Assembly (NCBI GenBank): GCA_944321175.1
Contig: CALUKI010000006.1
Location: 38,265-102,264 of the forward strand
Length of the DNA stretch: 64,000 bases
Direction of reading: 5' to 3'
Origin: an uncultured Alistipes sp.
Lineage (GTDB): Bacteria; Bacteroidota; Bacteroidia; Bacteroidales; Rikenellaceae
Shown piece after piece: positions 11,778-26,298 of the stretch (the first letter of the stretch is position 1; each line of letters starts with the position of its first letter). The position numbers were made by a program, and so were the translations under genes. Below the pieces are notes generated by a model. The model was not told the DNA's origin. It searched no databases and worked only from the letters and a program-made list of their open reading frames with translations.

Positions 11778-13976
11778 ATGGATACGACACGCTACGGCGA
11801 ATTGAGGAGACTTGTAAGGAGCAACTTCTCCGCTACGACACAACAGCTGGTCGATGATGCAGTGGCTTTCGCCGCCGAACGGCTCAGGGATCAGACCCGC
11901 TACGACGGTTCGCCGATGCTCGATCACGGCATTGGCGTAGCGCATATCGTCATCACCGAAATCGGGCTGGGACGCAATTCGACGCTTGCGGCGATTCTGC
12001 ACGATGTGGTGCGCATCGCCGCCGCCGGCGACGCCGCCGATCTGGTCGATGTGACGGCTGAAATCCGGCGTCGGTTCGGCGAGGAGGTGCTCGGCATTAC
12101 CGTAGGGCTGAGCAACATCTCGAAGATCCATCTGAAAATCTCGAAAGAGCAGGCCTCCAACTTCCGCGATCTGATCGTCAGCTACTCCGAGGATCCGCGC
12201 GTGATCCTCATCAAACTTGCCGACCGTCTCGAAGTGATGCGCAACCTGCGGATCTTCCCGCGCGACAAATGGCGCAAGAAGAGCTGGGAGAGTATGAATC
12301 TCTATGCGCAGATCGCACACAAACTCGGCCTCTACTCGATCAAGAGCGAACTCGAAGACATTGCGCTGAGCTATCTCGAACCGGCGGACTTCGAACACAT
12401 CCACCGCAAACTGGAGGAGACCGAGAGCGAACGCCAGACCTTCATCGGACGCTTTCTCGAACCTATCGTTGCACGGCTCGACCGGCAGGGGTTCAAATAC
12501 CACATCAAAAGCCGGACAAAATCGATCTTCTCGATCTGGTCGAAGATGCAGAAGCAGCATGTCCCTTTCGAAGGCGTTTATGACATCTTCGCCCTGCGCA
12601 TTATCCTCGATTGTCCGCCCGAAGAGGAGAAGACACAGTGCTGGGCCGTCTATTCGATCGTTACCGACTGCTATATCCCCAACACGGAGCGGTTGCGGGA
12701 CTGGATCTCGATTCCCAAATCGAACGGTTACGAGTCGCTGCATACGACCGTCTCGGCAGGCGGCGGGCGCTGGGTGGAGATCCAGATCCGCACCGAGCGC
12801 ATGGATGCCGTCGCCGAACGCGGCATCGCCGCGCACTGGCGCTACAAAGGGGTCAATCAGGGAGCCCTGACCAGCGAGATGTGGCTCAGCAGGCTGCGCG
12901 AACTGATGGAGGATACGCCGCATGCGCTGGCAAAACGTTTCGAAGCGCGGCCCGCATCGGGTGAAATCTTCGTCTTCACCCCCAATGGCGACCTGCGGAA
13001 ACTTCCCGAAGGGGCGACGGTGCTGGATTTCGCCTTCGACATCCACTCCAATCTGGGTTGCAGCTGTTCAGGCGGCAAGATCAACGGCCGCGCCGTACCG
13101 ATCAAGGAGCCGCTGCACAACGGCGACATCGTCGAAATCCTCACGCAGAAGAACCAGACGCCCAAAGCCGACTGGCTGTCGGTCGTCAAGACGGCAAAGG
13201 CCCGCAGCCGCATCAAGGCTTTCATCCGCGAAGAACAGGCGAAGAGCGCCCGTTTGGGACGTGAAGAGTTGGAGCGAAAGCTTAAAAACTGGAAATTCAC
13301 CCTTACCATCGACGAAGCGGTTGCCTACCTCTGCAAATACTACAAGTTGCGGGCCGGCACGGAACTCTACGCCCTGATCGCGGCACAGAAGGTCGATCTG
13401 GGGAGCATCAAGGAGATCCTCACACGGTGGCAGTCGGGCGAAGCCGACGAAGAGCGGCGGGCTGCAGCAGCGGCCATCGGGCAGGCCAAGCAGCAAAATG
13501 CCGCGCCGCGTCCCGCGCATTCGGGCGATGCGCTGATCATCGACGACAACATCCACCAGATCGAGTACAAACTGGCGCGGTGCTGCAATCCCATCAAGGG
13601 CGACGACATTTTCGGTTTTGTGACGATCAGCTCGGGCATCACGATCCATCGCACGGATTGCCCCAATGCACGGCGCATGCGGGAAAATTATCCCTACCGG
13701 GTGATCGACGCGCGCTGGCGTTCGACGGCCGAAGGGGCTTTCCGCGTGGCGATCCGCATTGTGGCGGCCGATACGACCGGCATGGCGAACCACATTACGG
13801 AAACGGTCATCCGGGATCTGAAGCTCAACATCCGTTCGATGAACCTCTCATCGCGCGGCGGGCTGCTCAGCGGGACGATCGATGTCGAAGTTCCCGCGAC
13901 AAGTGTTGTCGATACGCTTATTTATGCCATTCTGCGGATCAAGGGCGTGCAAAAGGCTTTCCGCGTCAACGGATAG
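11778..13976 (+). CDS. relA: Long RelA/SpoT homolog, (p)ppGpp synthetase with degenerate hydrolase domain
   Basis: RTKSIFSI, YDIFALRII, GYESLHTTV and EIQIRT synthetase motifs; TGS domain, CC region and ACT domain present. Confidence 0.95.
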   Translation: MDTTRYGELRRLVRSNFSATTQQLVDDAVAFAAERLRDQTRYDGSPMLDHGIGVAHIVITEIGLGRNSTLAAILHDVVRIAAAGDAADLVDVTAEIRRRFGEEVLGITVGLSNISKIHLKISKEQASNFRDLIVSYSEDPRVILIKLADRLEVMRNLRIFPRDKWRKKSWESMNLYAQIAHKLGLYSIKSELEDIALSYLEPADFEHIHRKLEETESERQTFIGRFLEPIVARLDRQGFKYHIKSRTKSIFSIWSKMQKQHVPFEGVYDIFALRIILDCPPEEEKTQCWAVYSIVTDCYIPNTERLRDWISIPKSNGYESLHTTVSAGGGRWVEIQIRTERMDAVAERGIAAHWRYKGVNQGALTSEMWLSRLRELMEDTPHALAKRFEARPASGEIFVFTPNGDLRKLPEGATVLDFAFDIHSNLGCSCSGGKINGRAVPIKEPLHNGDIVEILTQKNQTPKADWLSVVKTAKARSRIKAFIREEQAKSARLGREELERKLKNWKFTLTIDEAVAYLCKYYKLRAGTELYALIAAQKVDLGSIKEILTRWQSGEADEERRAAAAAIGQAKQQNAAPRPAHSGDALIIDDNIHQIEYKLARCCNPIKGDDIFGFVTISSGITIHRTDCPNARRMRENYPYRVIDARWRSTAEGAFRVAIRIVAADTTGMANHITETVIRDLKLNIRSMNLSSRGGLLSGTIDVEVPATSVVDTLIYAILRIKGVQKAFRVNG

Positions 13977-14145
13977 TTCGGCACGATCCGCCGGCAGCGA
14001 GTCTAAAACCGCGTGAACGGACCTCCTGCCGGCATCGCGCCAGGAGGAACTCCGCAAATGGCCGGAGAAGACACTTCGACCGCCCGCCGGATCAAAACAC
14101 CTCCATCACACGACACCGCCCATCACACACAACGTGCGGAACAAG

Positions 14146-14182
14146 GGAGGCGTCGGGAACCGTGACGGTTCCCGACGCCTCC
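14146..14182. terminator. Hairpin between convergent relA and GH2 genes
   Basis: GGAGGCGTCGGGAACCGT-g-ACGGTTCCCGACGCCTCC perfect inverted repeat. Confidence 0.75.
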
Positions 14183-14203
14183 TTTCATTCCATCGCCCCG
14201 CTA

Positions 14204-18557
<4,354 letters not shown>

Positions 18558-18685
18558 TATCTGAAATTTTTGTTTTATGGCGCAGAGGCCGGTTTATTCA
18601 CATCCAAAGTTACAAATTATTCTCGCAACTCCAAACTTTTTCGTATATTTGGCAAATCTTTGTCCATCCGATCAAACATAACGAA

Positions 18686-19657
18686 ATGCAGACGAACGAA
18701 CAACTTCTTCAAACCATTGAAAATTACCTCGCTCAGCGCGAACTCCCCTCCGAACCCGAACGGTTGTACGACCCGATCCGCTATTCGCTCGGAGGCGGCG
18801 GGAAACGTCTGCGTCCGATGTTGCTGATGCTCTCGTGCGGGCTCTTCAGCGACCGTACCGAAACGGCGCTCCCCGCAGCGGCGGCCGTCGAGATCTTCCA
18901 CAACTTCACGCTGCTCCACGACGACATCATGGACAATGCCGCCATGCGGCGCGGAAAACCCTCCGTCCATGCCCGTTGGGGCGGGAATGTCGCCATCCTT
19001 TCGGGTGACGCCATGCTCATTTATGCCTACCGCCTGCTGGGGCAAACCGATCCCGTGCTGCTGCCCCGCATTCTGGAGGTATTCAACTCGATGGCACTCG
19101 GCGTCTGCGAAGGACAGCAATACGACATGGATTTCGAACAGAAACAAAAGGTTTCGGTCGTGGAATACATGTCGATGATCGAGCTCAAGACCTCGGTTCT
19201 GATGGCCGGGTCGGCCATGATCGGCGCCATATTGGGGGGTGCCGACGACGAACAGAGCCGCCGCATCCATCAGTTCGCCATCGAATTGGGGATGGCGTTC
19301 CAATTGCAGGACGACCTGCTCGACAGCTACGGGGACGAGGAGCTGGGGAAAATGATCGGCGGCGACATCCTCGAAGGGAAGAAGACCTATCTGATGGTAA
19401 CGGCCATGAGCAGAGCCGACGAATCCCGACGCGAGATCCTCCGCCATACATATAAGGATCAGACACTGTCAGCCGCAGAAAAAATCGCCCGCGTCAAAGC
19501 GGTCTATGATGCGCTCGATATTCCCCGTTTGACAGAACAACAGATTGCCCTGCGCTTCGATCGGGCACTGACGGTGCTCAACGAACTGGATCTCCCCGAC
19601 AGCCGCAAGGAGCCCCTGCGGGAATACGCCCGAAGCCTGATGAACCGGAAAAAATAA
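18686..19657 (+). CDS. Polyprenyl diphosphate synthase (IspA/IspB family)
   Basis: GGKRLRP, LHDDIMD and LQDDLLD aspartate-rich motifs; TATATTTG element at 18644-18651. Confidence 0.95.
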   Translation: MQTNEQLLQTIENYLAQRELPSEPERLYDPIRYSLGGGGKRLRPMLLMLSCGLFSDRTETALPAAAAVEIFHNFTLLHDDIMDNAAMRRGKPSVHARWGGNVAILSGDAMLIYAYRLLGQTDPVLLPRILEVFNSMALGVCEGQQYDMDFEQKQKVSVVEYMSMIELKTSVLMAGSAMIGAILGGADDEQSRRIHQFAIELGMAFQLQDDLLDSYGDEELGKMIGGDILEGKKTYLMVTAMSRADESRREILRHTYKDQTLSAAEKIARVKAVYDALDIPRLTEQQIALRFDRALTVLNELDLPDSRKEPLREYARSLMNRKK

Positions 19658-19897
19658 AGCGAGAATATCCGGAGGGGGGGGGTGAAATGAGAACAGGTGC
19701 CACGCCCGCATTCAGCTCATTCCCGTTTTTCGGAGAGCCTTCCCCCGCCCAAGCGCGAAACAGGGTTCATCACGGAGCCGGAGCGGCTCCATTCGGCGGG
19801 AAGAAGAGAACGGAAGGAGAGCGGCGGGCGGGGTGGCGCACAGCGATCCGGCGTCACGCGCAGACGGCGAAAAAAACGCAAAGGAAAGGATGATGGC

Positions 19898-21157
19898 ATG
19901 AAACGAACCGATATCGAATTGATGGCGCCCGCCGGAAGCTATGAGGCGCTGCGGGCCGCCGTACAGGCCGGAGCCGATGCCATCTACTTTGGTGTGGGGC
20001 AGCTCAACATGCGGTCGAAATCGGCCGCAAACTTTACCCTTGACGATTTGGAGGAGATTGTCCGCATCGCCCGTGAAGCAGGCGTCAAAAGCTATCTTAC
20101 CGTCAACACGGTCGTCTATGAAGACGAGCTTCGGCAGATGCATGAGCTTATCGACCGCGCCCGCATGGCAGGAGTCGATGCCGTCATAGCTTCCGACATC
20201 GCCGCAATCCTCTACGCCCGCCGGACGGGAGTCGAAGTCCACATCTCCACCCAATGCAACGTAACCAACAGCGAAGCGGCAAAATTTTATGCGCAATGGG
20301 CCGATGTGGTGGTGCTGGCCCGCGAGCTCTCGCTCGATCAGATCGGGCGGATCGCACGCGAGATCGCCGACCAGCGGATCTGCGGGCCTTCGGGAGAACC
20401 GCTGCGCATCGAGATGTTCGCGCACGGGGCCTTATGTATGGCCGTATCGGGCAAATGCTACCTTTCGCTGCATGAAACGGGATGTTCGGCGAACCGGGGG
20501 GCCTGCCGCCAGATCTGCCGACGAAAATACCTCCTTACCGATGCGGAGAGCGGCGCACAGCTCCTTGCCGACGGACGTTATCTCCTTTCACCCAAGGATC
20601 TCTGCACGATCGATTTTCTGGACCGGTTCATCGCCGCCGGCGTGCGGGTACTCAAGATCGAAGGACGCGCCCGCGGTGCAGAGTATGTCAAACGCGTCGT
20701 CACCTGCTACGACCGCGCCCTGCGGGCATTGGAAGAGGGGAGCTACACCCCCGAACTGGCCGCAGCGTTGAAACAGGAACTCGAAACGGTCTTCAATCGG
20801 GGATTCTGGCAAGGCTACTATGCCGGCGCTCCGATGGCGGAACATACCGAACACTACGGATCGTCCGCGTCGCGGCGCAAGGTCTATGTCGGCAAGGTGA
20901 CCAACTTTTTCAAGAAACCGTCTGTAGCAGAGGTCTATGTCGAAGCAGCTCCGGTCGCTCGCGGCGAAGAGCTTTTCTTTCAGGGGCCGACAACCGGCAT
21001 CGTCGAACTGACGGCCGACCCCTATGTCGGGAACAAGCCTGCGGAGGAGGCGTCGCAAGGCTGTTTCTGCTCGTTCAGAACCCCGTCGCTGGTACGGCGC
21101 GGCGACCAGCTTTACAAAATGGTGCCGGCCGACGCATCGAATTCCCAACCCGACTGA
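19898..21157 (+). CDS. U32-family protein (TrhP/RlhA-like Fe-S RNA hydroxylation family)
   Basis: ELMAPAG, GADAIYFG, HGALCMAVSGKC, NRGACRQICR, LKIEGR. Confidence 0.92.
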   Translation: MKRTDIELMAPAGSYEALRAAVQAGADAIYFGVGQLNMRSKSAANFTLDDLEEIVRIAREAGVKSYLTVNTVVYEDELRQMHELIDRARMAGVDAVIASDIAAILYARRTGVEVHISTQCNVTNSEAAKFYAQWADVVVLARELSLDQIGRIAREIADQRICGPSGEPLRIEMFAHGALCMAVSGKCYLSLHETGCSANRGACRQICRRKYLLTDAESGAQLLADGRYLLSPKDLCTIDFLDRFIAAGVRVLKIEGRARGAEYVKRVVTCYDRALRALEEGSYTPELAAALKQELETVFNRGFWQGYYAGAPMAEHTEHYGSSASRRKVYVGKVTNFFKKPSVAEVYVEAAPVARGEELFFQGPTTGIVELTADPYVGNKPAEEASQGCFCSFRTPSLVRRGDQLYKMVPADASNSQPD

Positions 21158-21219
21158 CGGCGCAGCACGGCCTTTGCAATCGAATCACGGAACAAACAAG
21201 ATCAAATAAAAACACCGAA

Positions 21220-21924
21220 ATGATGGAAACAACAAAACCGGCCGCAACGGTCGCCCAGCCCGATGCCGCACGCACGACACTCTTCCGCAACGTCTATCTC
21301 TGGATGACGATGGCGCTCACGCTGACGGCACTGACGGCCTATTCCGTGGCGGGGTCCCAGACTCTGCTGCAAGCCATTTTCAGCAGCAAGTTCATCTTCT
21401 ACGGCCTGTTGATCGGCGAAATCGTGCTGGTGCTGGTGCTCGTCGCCAACATCATGCGCATGTCGTTCCTGACGGCGACACTGGCCTTCATCGCCTACTC
21501 CGTCCTGAACGGAGCGACCTTGTCGGTCATCTTCCTCATCTATGACCTGGGATCGATCGGCACCACGTTCCTCGTTACGGCAGGCATGTTCGGCGCCATG
21601 TCGCTCTACGGATACGTCACGGGCCGCGACCTCTCCACCTGGGGCAACCTGCTGACAATGGCGCTCGTCGGCATCCTCATCGCCTCCCTGGCAAATCTCT
21701 TCCTCAAGAGCGACACCCTGATGTGGATCGTCACCTATGCCGGCATCCTGCTCTTCGTCGGGCTTACGGCCTACGACACCCAGCAGATCAAACGCATGAT
21801 CTACTCCGACGCCGAAGTCGATGAGACAATGCAGAAATTCGCACTGCTGGGGGCATTGTCGCTCTACCTCGACTTCATCAATCTGTTCCTGTACCTGCTG
21901 CGGCTGCTCGGAAACCGCCGATAG
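21220..21924 (+). CDS. Bax inhibitor-1 / YccA-family membrane protein
   Basis: About 7 hydrophobic segments, TAYDTQ and ALSLYLDFINLF motifs. Confidence 0.93.
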   Translation: MMETTKPAATVAQPDAARTTLFRNVYLWMTMALTLTALTAYSVAGSQTLLQAIFSSKFIFYGLLIGEIVLVLVLVANIMRMSFLTATLAFIAYSVLNGATLSVIFLIYDLGSIGTTFLVTAGMFGAMSLYGYVTGRDLSTWGNLLTMALVGILIASLANLFLKSDTLMWIVTYAGILLFVGLTAYDTQQIKRMIYSDAEVDETMQKFALLGALSLYLDFINLFLYLLRLLGNRR

Positions 21925-21959
21925 TCCGCAATACAGCCATTCGATAAACATTGACAACC

Positions 21960-23357
21960 ATGTTCCCGATTCAAACCTATTTGTCGCGTCGTGCGCAACT
22001 GCGCACGAAGATGGGCAGCGGCATCATCCTGCTGCCGGGGAATCATCCCTCTCCGAACAACTATCCCAACAACGCCTACTATTTCCGGCAGGATTCGACC
22101 TTCCTCTACTATTTCGGACTCAACCTGCCCTCGCTGGCGGGAATCATCGACGCCGACACGGGCGATGAGATCCTCTTCGGCGACGACTTTACCGTCGAGG
22201 ACATCATCTGGACAGGGCCTCAGCCCACGTTGCGGGAGCTGGGGGCGCAGGCAGGCGTGAACGACTGCCGGCCGATGGCGGCCCTGGCCGACTGTGTGGC
22301 CCGCGCCATCCGTCTGGGACGCCGCATACACTATCTGCCGCCCTATCGCGGCGAGACGAAACTGCAACTCTCCGCACTGTTGGGAATCGCTCCGCAGATG
22401 CTGCACGACTACAAGTCCGTCGATCTGATGTTCGCCGTCGCCGAGATGCGCGAGGTCAAGAGCGACGAGGAGATTGCCCAGATGGAAGATGCGTTCCACA
22501 TCGGATACGCCATGCATACGAGTGCCATGCACATGTGCCGGCCGGGCGTCATCGAGCGGGAGATCGCCGGCGCAATCGAAGGCGTGGCCAAATCGATGGG
22601 ACTGGGCGTATCCTTCCCGTCGATCGTGTCGCAGCATGGCGAGACGCTCCACAACCTCAACTCCGAAGGGATCCTTCAGGAGGGACGGCTGCTGCTGGTC
22701 GATGCGGGCGGCGAGAATCTGATGAACTACTGTTCGGACCATACGCGCACCTATCCCGTCAGCGGGCGCTTTACCGACCTGCAGCGCGAAATCTACGAGA
22801 TCGTCCTCGCCTGCCACGACCATATCGCCCGCATCGTGCGGCCCGGAATGATGTACATGCAGGAGGTGCACCTTGAGGCCTACCGCAAACTGGCCGAAGG
22901 GCTCGTCGGCGTCGGACTGCTCAAGGGTACGGCCGAGGATGCCGTCGCCAGCGGTGCCATGTACCTCTTCATGCCGCACGGGCTGGGACACGGGCTGGGG
23001 ATGGACGTTCACGACTGCGAAAACATCGGCGAACGGAGTTTCGACTACTCGCAGGTCGCCGAACGCGCGGCACAGTCGGCCACCTGTCTCCATCGGGCCA
23101 CTTGGCGGCTGCGGCCCGGCACAATCCTGAGCGATGAACCGGGGATCTACTTCATTCCGGCGCTTATCGACAAATGCGAAGCCGAAGGGCAATACCGGGG
23201 AATCGTCAACTACGACCTTCTGCGCAGCCGTTATCTCGACTTCGGCGGCATCCGCATCGAAGATGACCTGCTGGTAACCGAAACGGGCTGCCGCATCATC
23301 GGCGACCGGACGATTCCGATCACGGTCGAGCAGCTTGAGGCCGTCGTAGGCCGCTGA
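21960..23357 (+). CDS. Xaa-Pro aminopeptidase (M24B)
   Basis: FRQDSTFLY, DHTRT, HGLGHGLGMDVHD, EPGIYF, GGIRIEDD. Confidence 0.95.
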   Translation: MFPIQTYLSRRAQLRTKMGSGIILLPGNHPSPNNYPNNAYYFRQDSTFLYYFGLNLPSLAGIIDADTGDEILFGDDFTVEDIIWTGPQPTLRELGAQAGVNDCRPMAALADCVARAIRLGRRIHYLPPYRGETKLQLSALLGIAPQMLHDYKSVDLMFAVAEMREVKSDEEIAQMEDAFHIGYAMHTSAMHMCRPGVIEREIAGAIEGVAKSMGLGVSFPSIVSQHGETLHNLNSEGILQEGRLLLVDAGGENLMNYCSDHTRTYPVSGRFTDLQREIYEIVLACHDHIARIVRPGMMYMQEVHLEAYRKLAEGLVGVGLLKGTAEDAVASGAMYLFMPHGLGHGLGMDVHDCENIGERSFDYSQVAERAAQSATCLHRATWRLRPGTILSDEPGIYFIPALIDKCEAEGQYRGIVNYDLLRSRYLDFGGIRIEDDLLVTETGCRIIGDRTIPITVEQLEAVVGR

Positions 23358-23440
23358 CAGGACAACCGTCCCCGCTCCGCCGCCTTCCCGAAGCTGAACG
23401 GCGGGATCAACGAGAAAGGAAGGCGGAGAGAGACAACCGA

Positions 23441-23480
23441 CTTTGGGGAGAGGATGCATCCTCTCCCCGAAGTATTTTTG
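23441..23480 (+). terminator. Hairpin plus T-tract after the aminopeptidase gene
   Basis: CTTTGGGGAGAGGAT-gc-ATCCTCTCCCCGAAG followed by TATTTTTG, which also fits the TAnnTTTG promoter element. Confidence 0.65.
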
Positions 23481-23503
23481 AACAAGGACAAAAACGGAAT
23501 TTC

Positions 23504-23695
23504 ATGAAACTTTCGACAAAATGGCTGATCGGCATTGCCGCAGCGGCGGTGCTTCTTCTGCTGCTGTATCTCTATTCGAGCGAGTTCCGGATCTGGATCA
23601 TGGAAAAGCTGGTCACGCTCTTTATTTGGCTGATCATCTTTCTGGCAGGTTTTTTAGCGGGGCGTTTCGGCGGGAACAACCGCGCCAGAAACTGA
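23504..23695 (+). CDS. Small hypothetical two-TM membrane protein (63 aa)
   Basis: ATG start with A-rich upstream context, two hydrophobic stretches, basic termini, no overlapping gene. Confidence 0.6.
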   Translation: MKLSTKWLIGIAAAAVLLLLLYLYSSEFRIWIMEKLVTLFIWLIIFLAGFLAGRFGGNNRARN

Positions 23696-24295
23696 TCGGG
23701 CAGCTTCCGCCTTCTCCGCAACCGGAATTTCCGCCGCCCCAAGGCGTGCAATCTTCCGCTCCGGCTCCCGACGCTCCCCGCCAGGCAATCGGGAGACAGG
23801 CCCGCATAACACCTCCAAGGCGGAATCGCCCCTCCCCAAAAAGGCCGTTTCAACCCGGCACGGACACCATGCGGCGGAACCATCCGTCCGCTCGATACGG
23901 GAATGGGAACAATATTTTATTGTCAATATGCATGATGCGCAGTAATCACATATTGCATATATCGCAAATAGACAAATCCATGCACAACTTTCACGAAGGG
24001 TCTTTCCCATTGGCCTGTTACAATTAATTATTGCGAATCCGCAAAAGGGCAGGAGGGGCCGAACCCGATGCAACAGCCTTCCGGCAACGGGAAAGAGCCG
24101 TCGCGGACCAATGCAGGGGATCGAACATCGGTTTGCCATAACCGAAGAGCTGCATTCGATAAAAACGCCGCATCACCGGACAAAAAGGCGAATGAATCGG
24201 CTGTTTCGAAAAAATTGTTTACCTTTACGCCCTATTTTTACGAAATTCCGCGCCTGAAAAGAGTGTTCAGGGGCAGATTATTAAACTTGAAAGCT

Positions 24296-25180
24296 ATGTC
24301 ATTCAATTTGTTGAAAGGAAAGAAAGGAATCATTTTCGGTGCACTCAACGAACAGTCGATCGCATGGAAAGTCGCCGAACGCGCGGTCGAGGAGGGGGCT
24401 GAAATCGTGCTGACAAATACCCCCGTATCGTTGCGCATGGGGACGCTCAACGAACTGGCCGCCAAATGCAACGCGCCGGTTGTTGCCGCCGACGCCACGT
24501 CGGTTGCCGACCTGGGACACCTCGTCGATGAGGCATTGAAACACTTCGGCGGGCCGTTCGACTTCGTCCTGCACTCGATCGGCATGTCGCCCAACGTCCG
24601 CAAAGGGCGTACCTACGACGACCTCGACTACGATTTCCTCCAGAAGACCCTCGACATTTCGGCCATTTCGTTCCACAAAATGATTCAGGTAATCCGCAAG
24701 AAGGATGCCTTGCGCGAATGGGGCTCGATCGTCGCATTGAGCTACATTGCAGCACAACGCACCCTTTACGGATACAACGACATGGCCGACGCCAAAGCCC
24801 TGCTGGAATCGATCGCCCGCAGTTTCGGATATATTTACGGCCGCGAGAAACATGTACGAATCAATACCGTCTCGCAATCGCCCACACTCACGACGGCCGG
24901 CAGCGGCGTTCTGGGACTCAAGGATCTCATGGAGTTCTCCGAAAGCATGTCTCCGCTGGGGAACGCCACGGCCGACGACTGCGCCGACTATGTGTTGACG
25001 CTCTTCTCGGACCTCACGCGCAAGGTGACGATGCAAAACCTCTATCACGACGGCGGATTCTCGTCGATGGGCATGAGCCGCCGCGCCATGCGCACTTACG
25101 AAAAGGGGCTGCGGTTCGAGGACGTGCATGAACATCAGTTCCCGTTCGGCGGCGGAGAAGAGGACGAAGCAAAGAAGTAA
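24296..25180 (+). CDS. fabI: Enoyl-ACP reductase
   Basis: LLKGKKGIIFGALNEQSIAW, YNDMADAKALLES, RINTVSQSP. Confidence 0.95.
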   Translation: MSFNLLKGKKGIIFGALNEQSIAWKVAERAVEEGAEIVLTNTPVSLRMGTLNELAAKCNAPVVAADATSVADLGHLVDEALKHFGGPFDFVLHSIGMSPNVRKGRTYDDLDYDFLQKTLDISAISFHKMIQVIRKKDALREWGSIVALSYIAAQRTLYGYNDMADAKALLESIARSFGYIYGREKHVRINTVSQSPTLTTAGSGVLGLKDLMEFSESMSPLGNATADDCADYVLTLFSDLTRKVTMQNLYHDGGFSSMGMSRRAMRTYEKGLRFEDVHEHQFPFGGGEEDEAKK

Positions 25181-25199
25181 CCTTCACCCCGACGAACTC

Positions 25200-25243
25200 A
25201 GATAGCGGAGCATTCGGCCGCAGGGCCGAATGCTCCGCTATCT
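25200..25243. terminator. Hairpin after fabI
   Basis: AGATAGCGGAGCATTCGGCC-gcag-GGCCGAATGCTCCGCTATCT perfect 20-bp stem. Confidence 0.75.
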
Positions 25244-25413
25244 CTCTTTGCCTCCATGCGCCGATCCGGGGCAGCCTCTGTCCTGCGGCGCATCCCGCAT
25301 CTCTACGGCCCGTCTTCCCCTGCTCCGGATACCGATGCCGGCACAGCGGCCGGCCCGCAGCAAACGGCCGCCGGAAGTCCGGAAGGGGGCCGCCTAAAAG
25401 AGACCGGCAGGAA

Positions 25414-26265
25414 TCACTTCAACCGCACGACGATCTCGATGGGATAGTGGTCCGAAATGTAGGGGACGCCATAGTCTCCGTCAAGAGTCCGGTATGACAG
25501 GCATTTCATGTTCCGGACAAAGAAATGGTCGATCACCATCGAGTTGGGAGCCTGACCCCAACCGTTGTAGGTTCCTTTGTTGTCGGTCACGGGCGCCTTT
25601 TCGCGGGCCGGAGCCATAAACTTCTTCAATGGGTCGAAAATCGCATCGTCGATCGTCGAATTCAGGTCGCCGCCCACAACGACCGAAGCCCGCTTGCCGG
25701 CAATCTCCACGATCTTCGAAACGACGAGTTTCACCCCTTCGCGCCGTGCAACCTCGCCCATATGGTCCAGATGCGTATTGAAATAGTAAAACTCCTTGCC
25801 CGAAGCCTTTTCCCGCAGATGCACCCAGGTCATCGTGCGGTTGCAGGCGCCGTCCCATCCGCGCGACACCTGATCGGGGGTCTCGCTGAGCCACAGATTG
25901 CCGTGATCGAGCAGATCATACCGCTCCCTGAGATAGAAGACCGCCATAATCTCGCCCTTCTCCTTGCCGTCATCACGGCCTACACCTACACGGCCGTATT
26001 GCGGGAGGTTCTTTTCGATGTAGTTTACCTGAAAAACATATCCCTCCTGTATGCCGAAAACGGTCGGTTTTTCGCGTTCCAGCATCCGAAGCGTCGCTTC
26101 GCGCCGATATTTCCAGCTGTTCGGCCCGTCATCCGCCACGCCCAGGCGGATGTTGTAGGAGATGATTTTCGCCTCACCGGCAGGAACCGCCGGCCCGGAT
26201 GCAGGCTGTGCCGATCCGGCCGCCGGCGCCGCCAGAAGGAGAAGCGTAAAAAGAATCTGTTTCAT
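25414..26265 (-). CDS. Endonuclease/exonuclease/phosphatase-family protein, secreted
   Basis: SYNIR, GIQE, NTHLDH, GDLN, IDHFF and SDHYP motifs; signal peptide. Confidence 0.92.
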   Translation of the reverse strand: MKQILFTLLLLAAPAAGSAQPASGPAVPAGEAKIISYNIRLGVADDGPNSWKYRREATLRMLEREKPTVFGIQEGYVFQVNYIEKNLPQYGRVGVGRDDGKEKGEIMAVFYLRERYDLLDHGNLWLSETPDQVSRGWDGACNRTMTWVHLREKASGKEFYYFNTHLDHMGEVARREGVKLVVSKIVEIAGKRASVVVGGDLNSTIDDAIFDPLKKFMAPAREKAPVTDNKGTYNGWGQAPNSMVIDHFFVRNMKCLSYRTLDGDYGVPYISDHYPIEIVVRLK

Positions 26266-26298
26266 AATACGATCCATTAAGGTTATTGTTTCGGTCCG

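Noticed and set aside
20482-21219. Open frame extending the YccA-like gene 246 codons upstream through the U32 gene
   Set aside because: The extension is low-complexity and Arg/Pro-rich, overlaps an intact gene in another frame, and a good ATG exists at 21220.
23654-24139. Cys-rich 161-aa ORF on the minus strand
   Set aside because: It spans regions of very different composition, has no recognisable motif or convincing start, and overlaps the microprotein gene end. The Cys richness follows from TG-rich DNA.
24060-24200. Possible cobalamin or TPP riboswitch upstream of fabI
   Set aside because: Only scattered GGGAA-like words are present. The conserved cores could not be matched, and the gene context does not fit.
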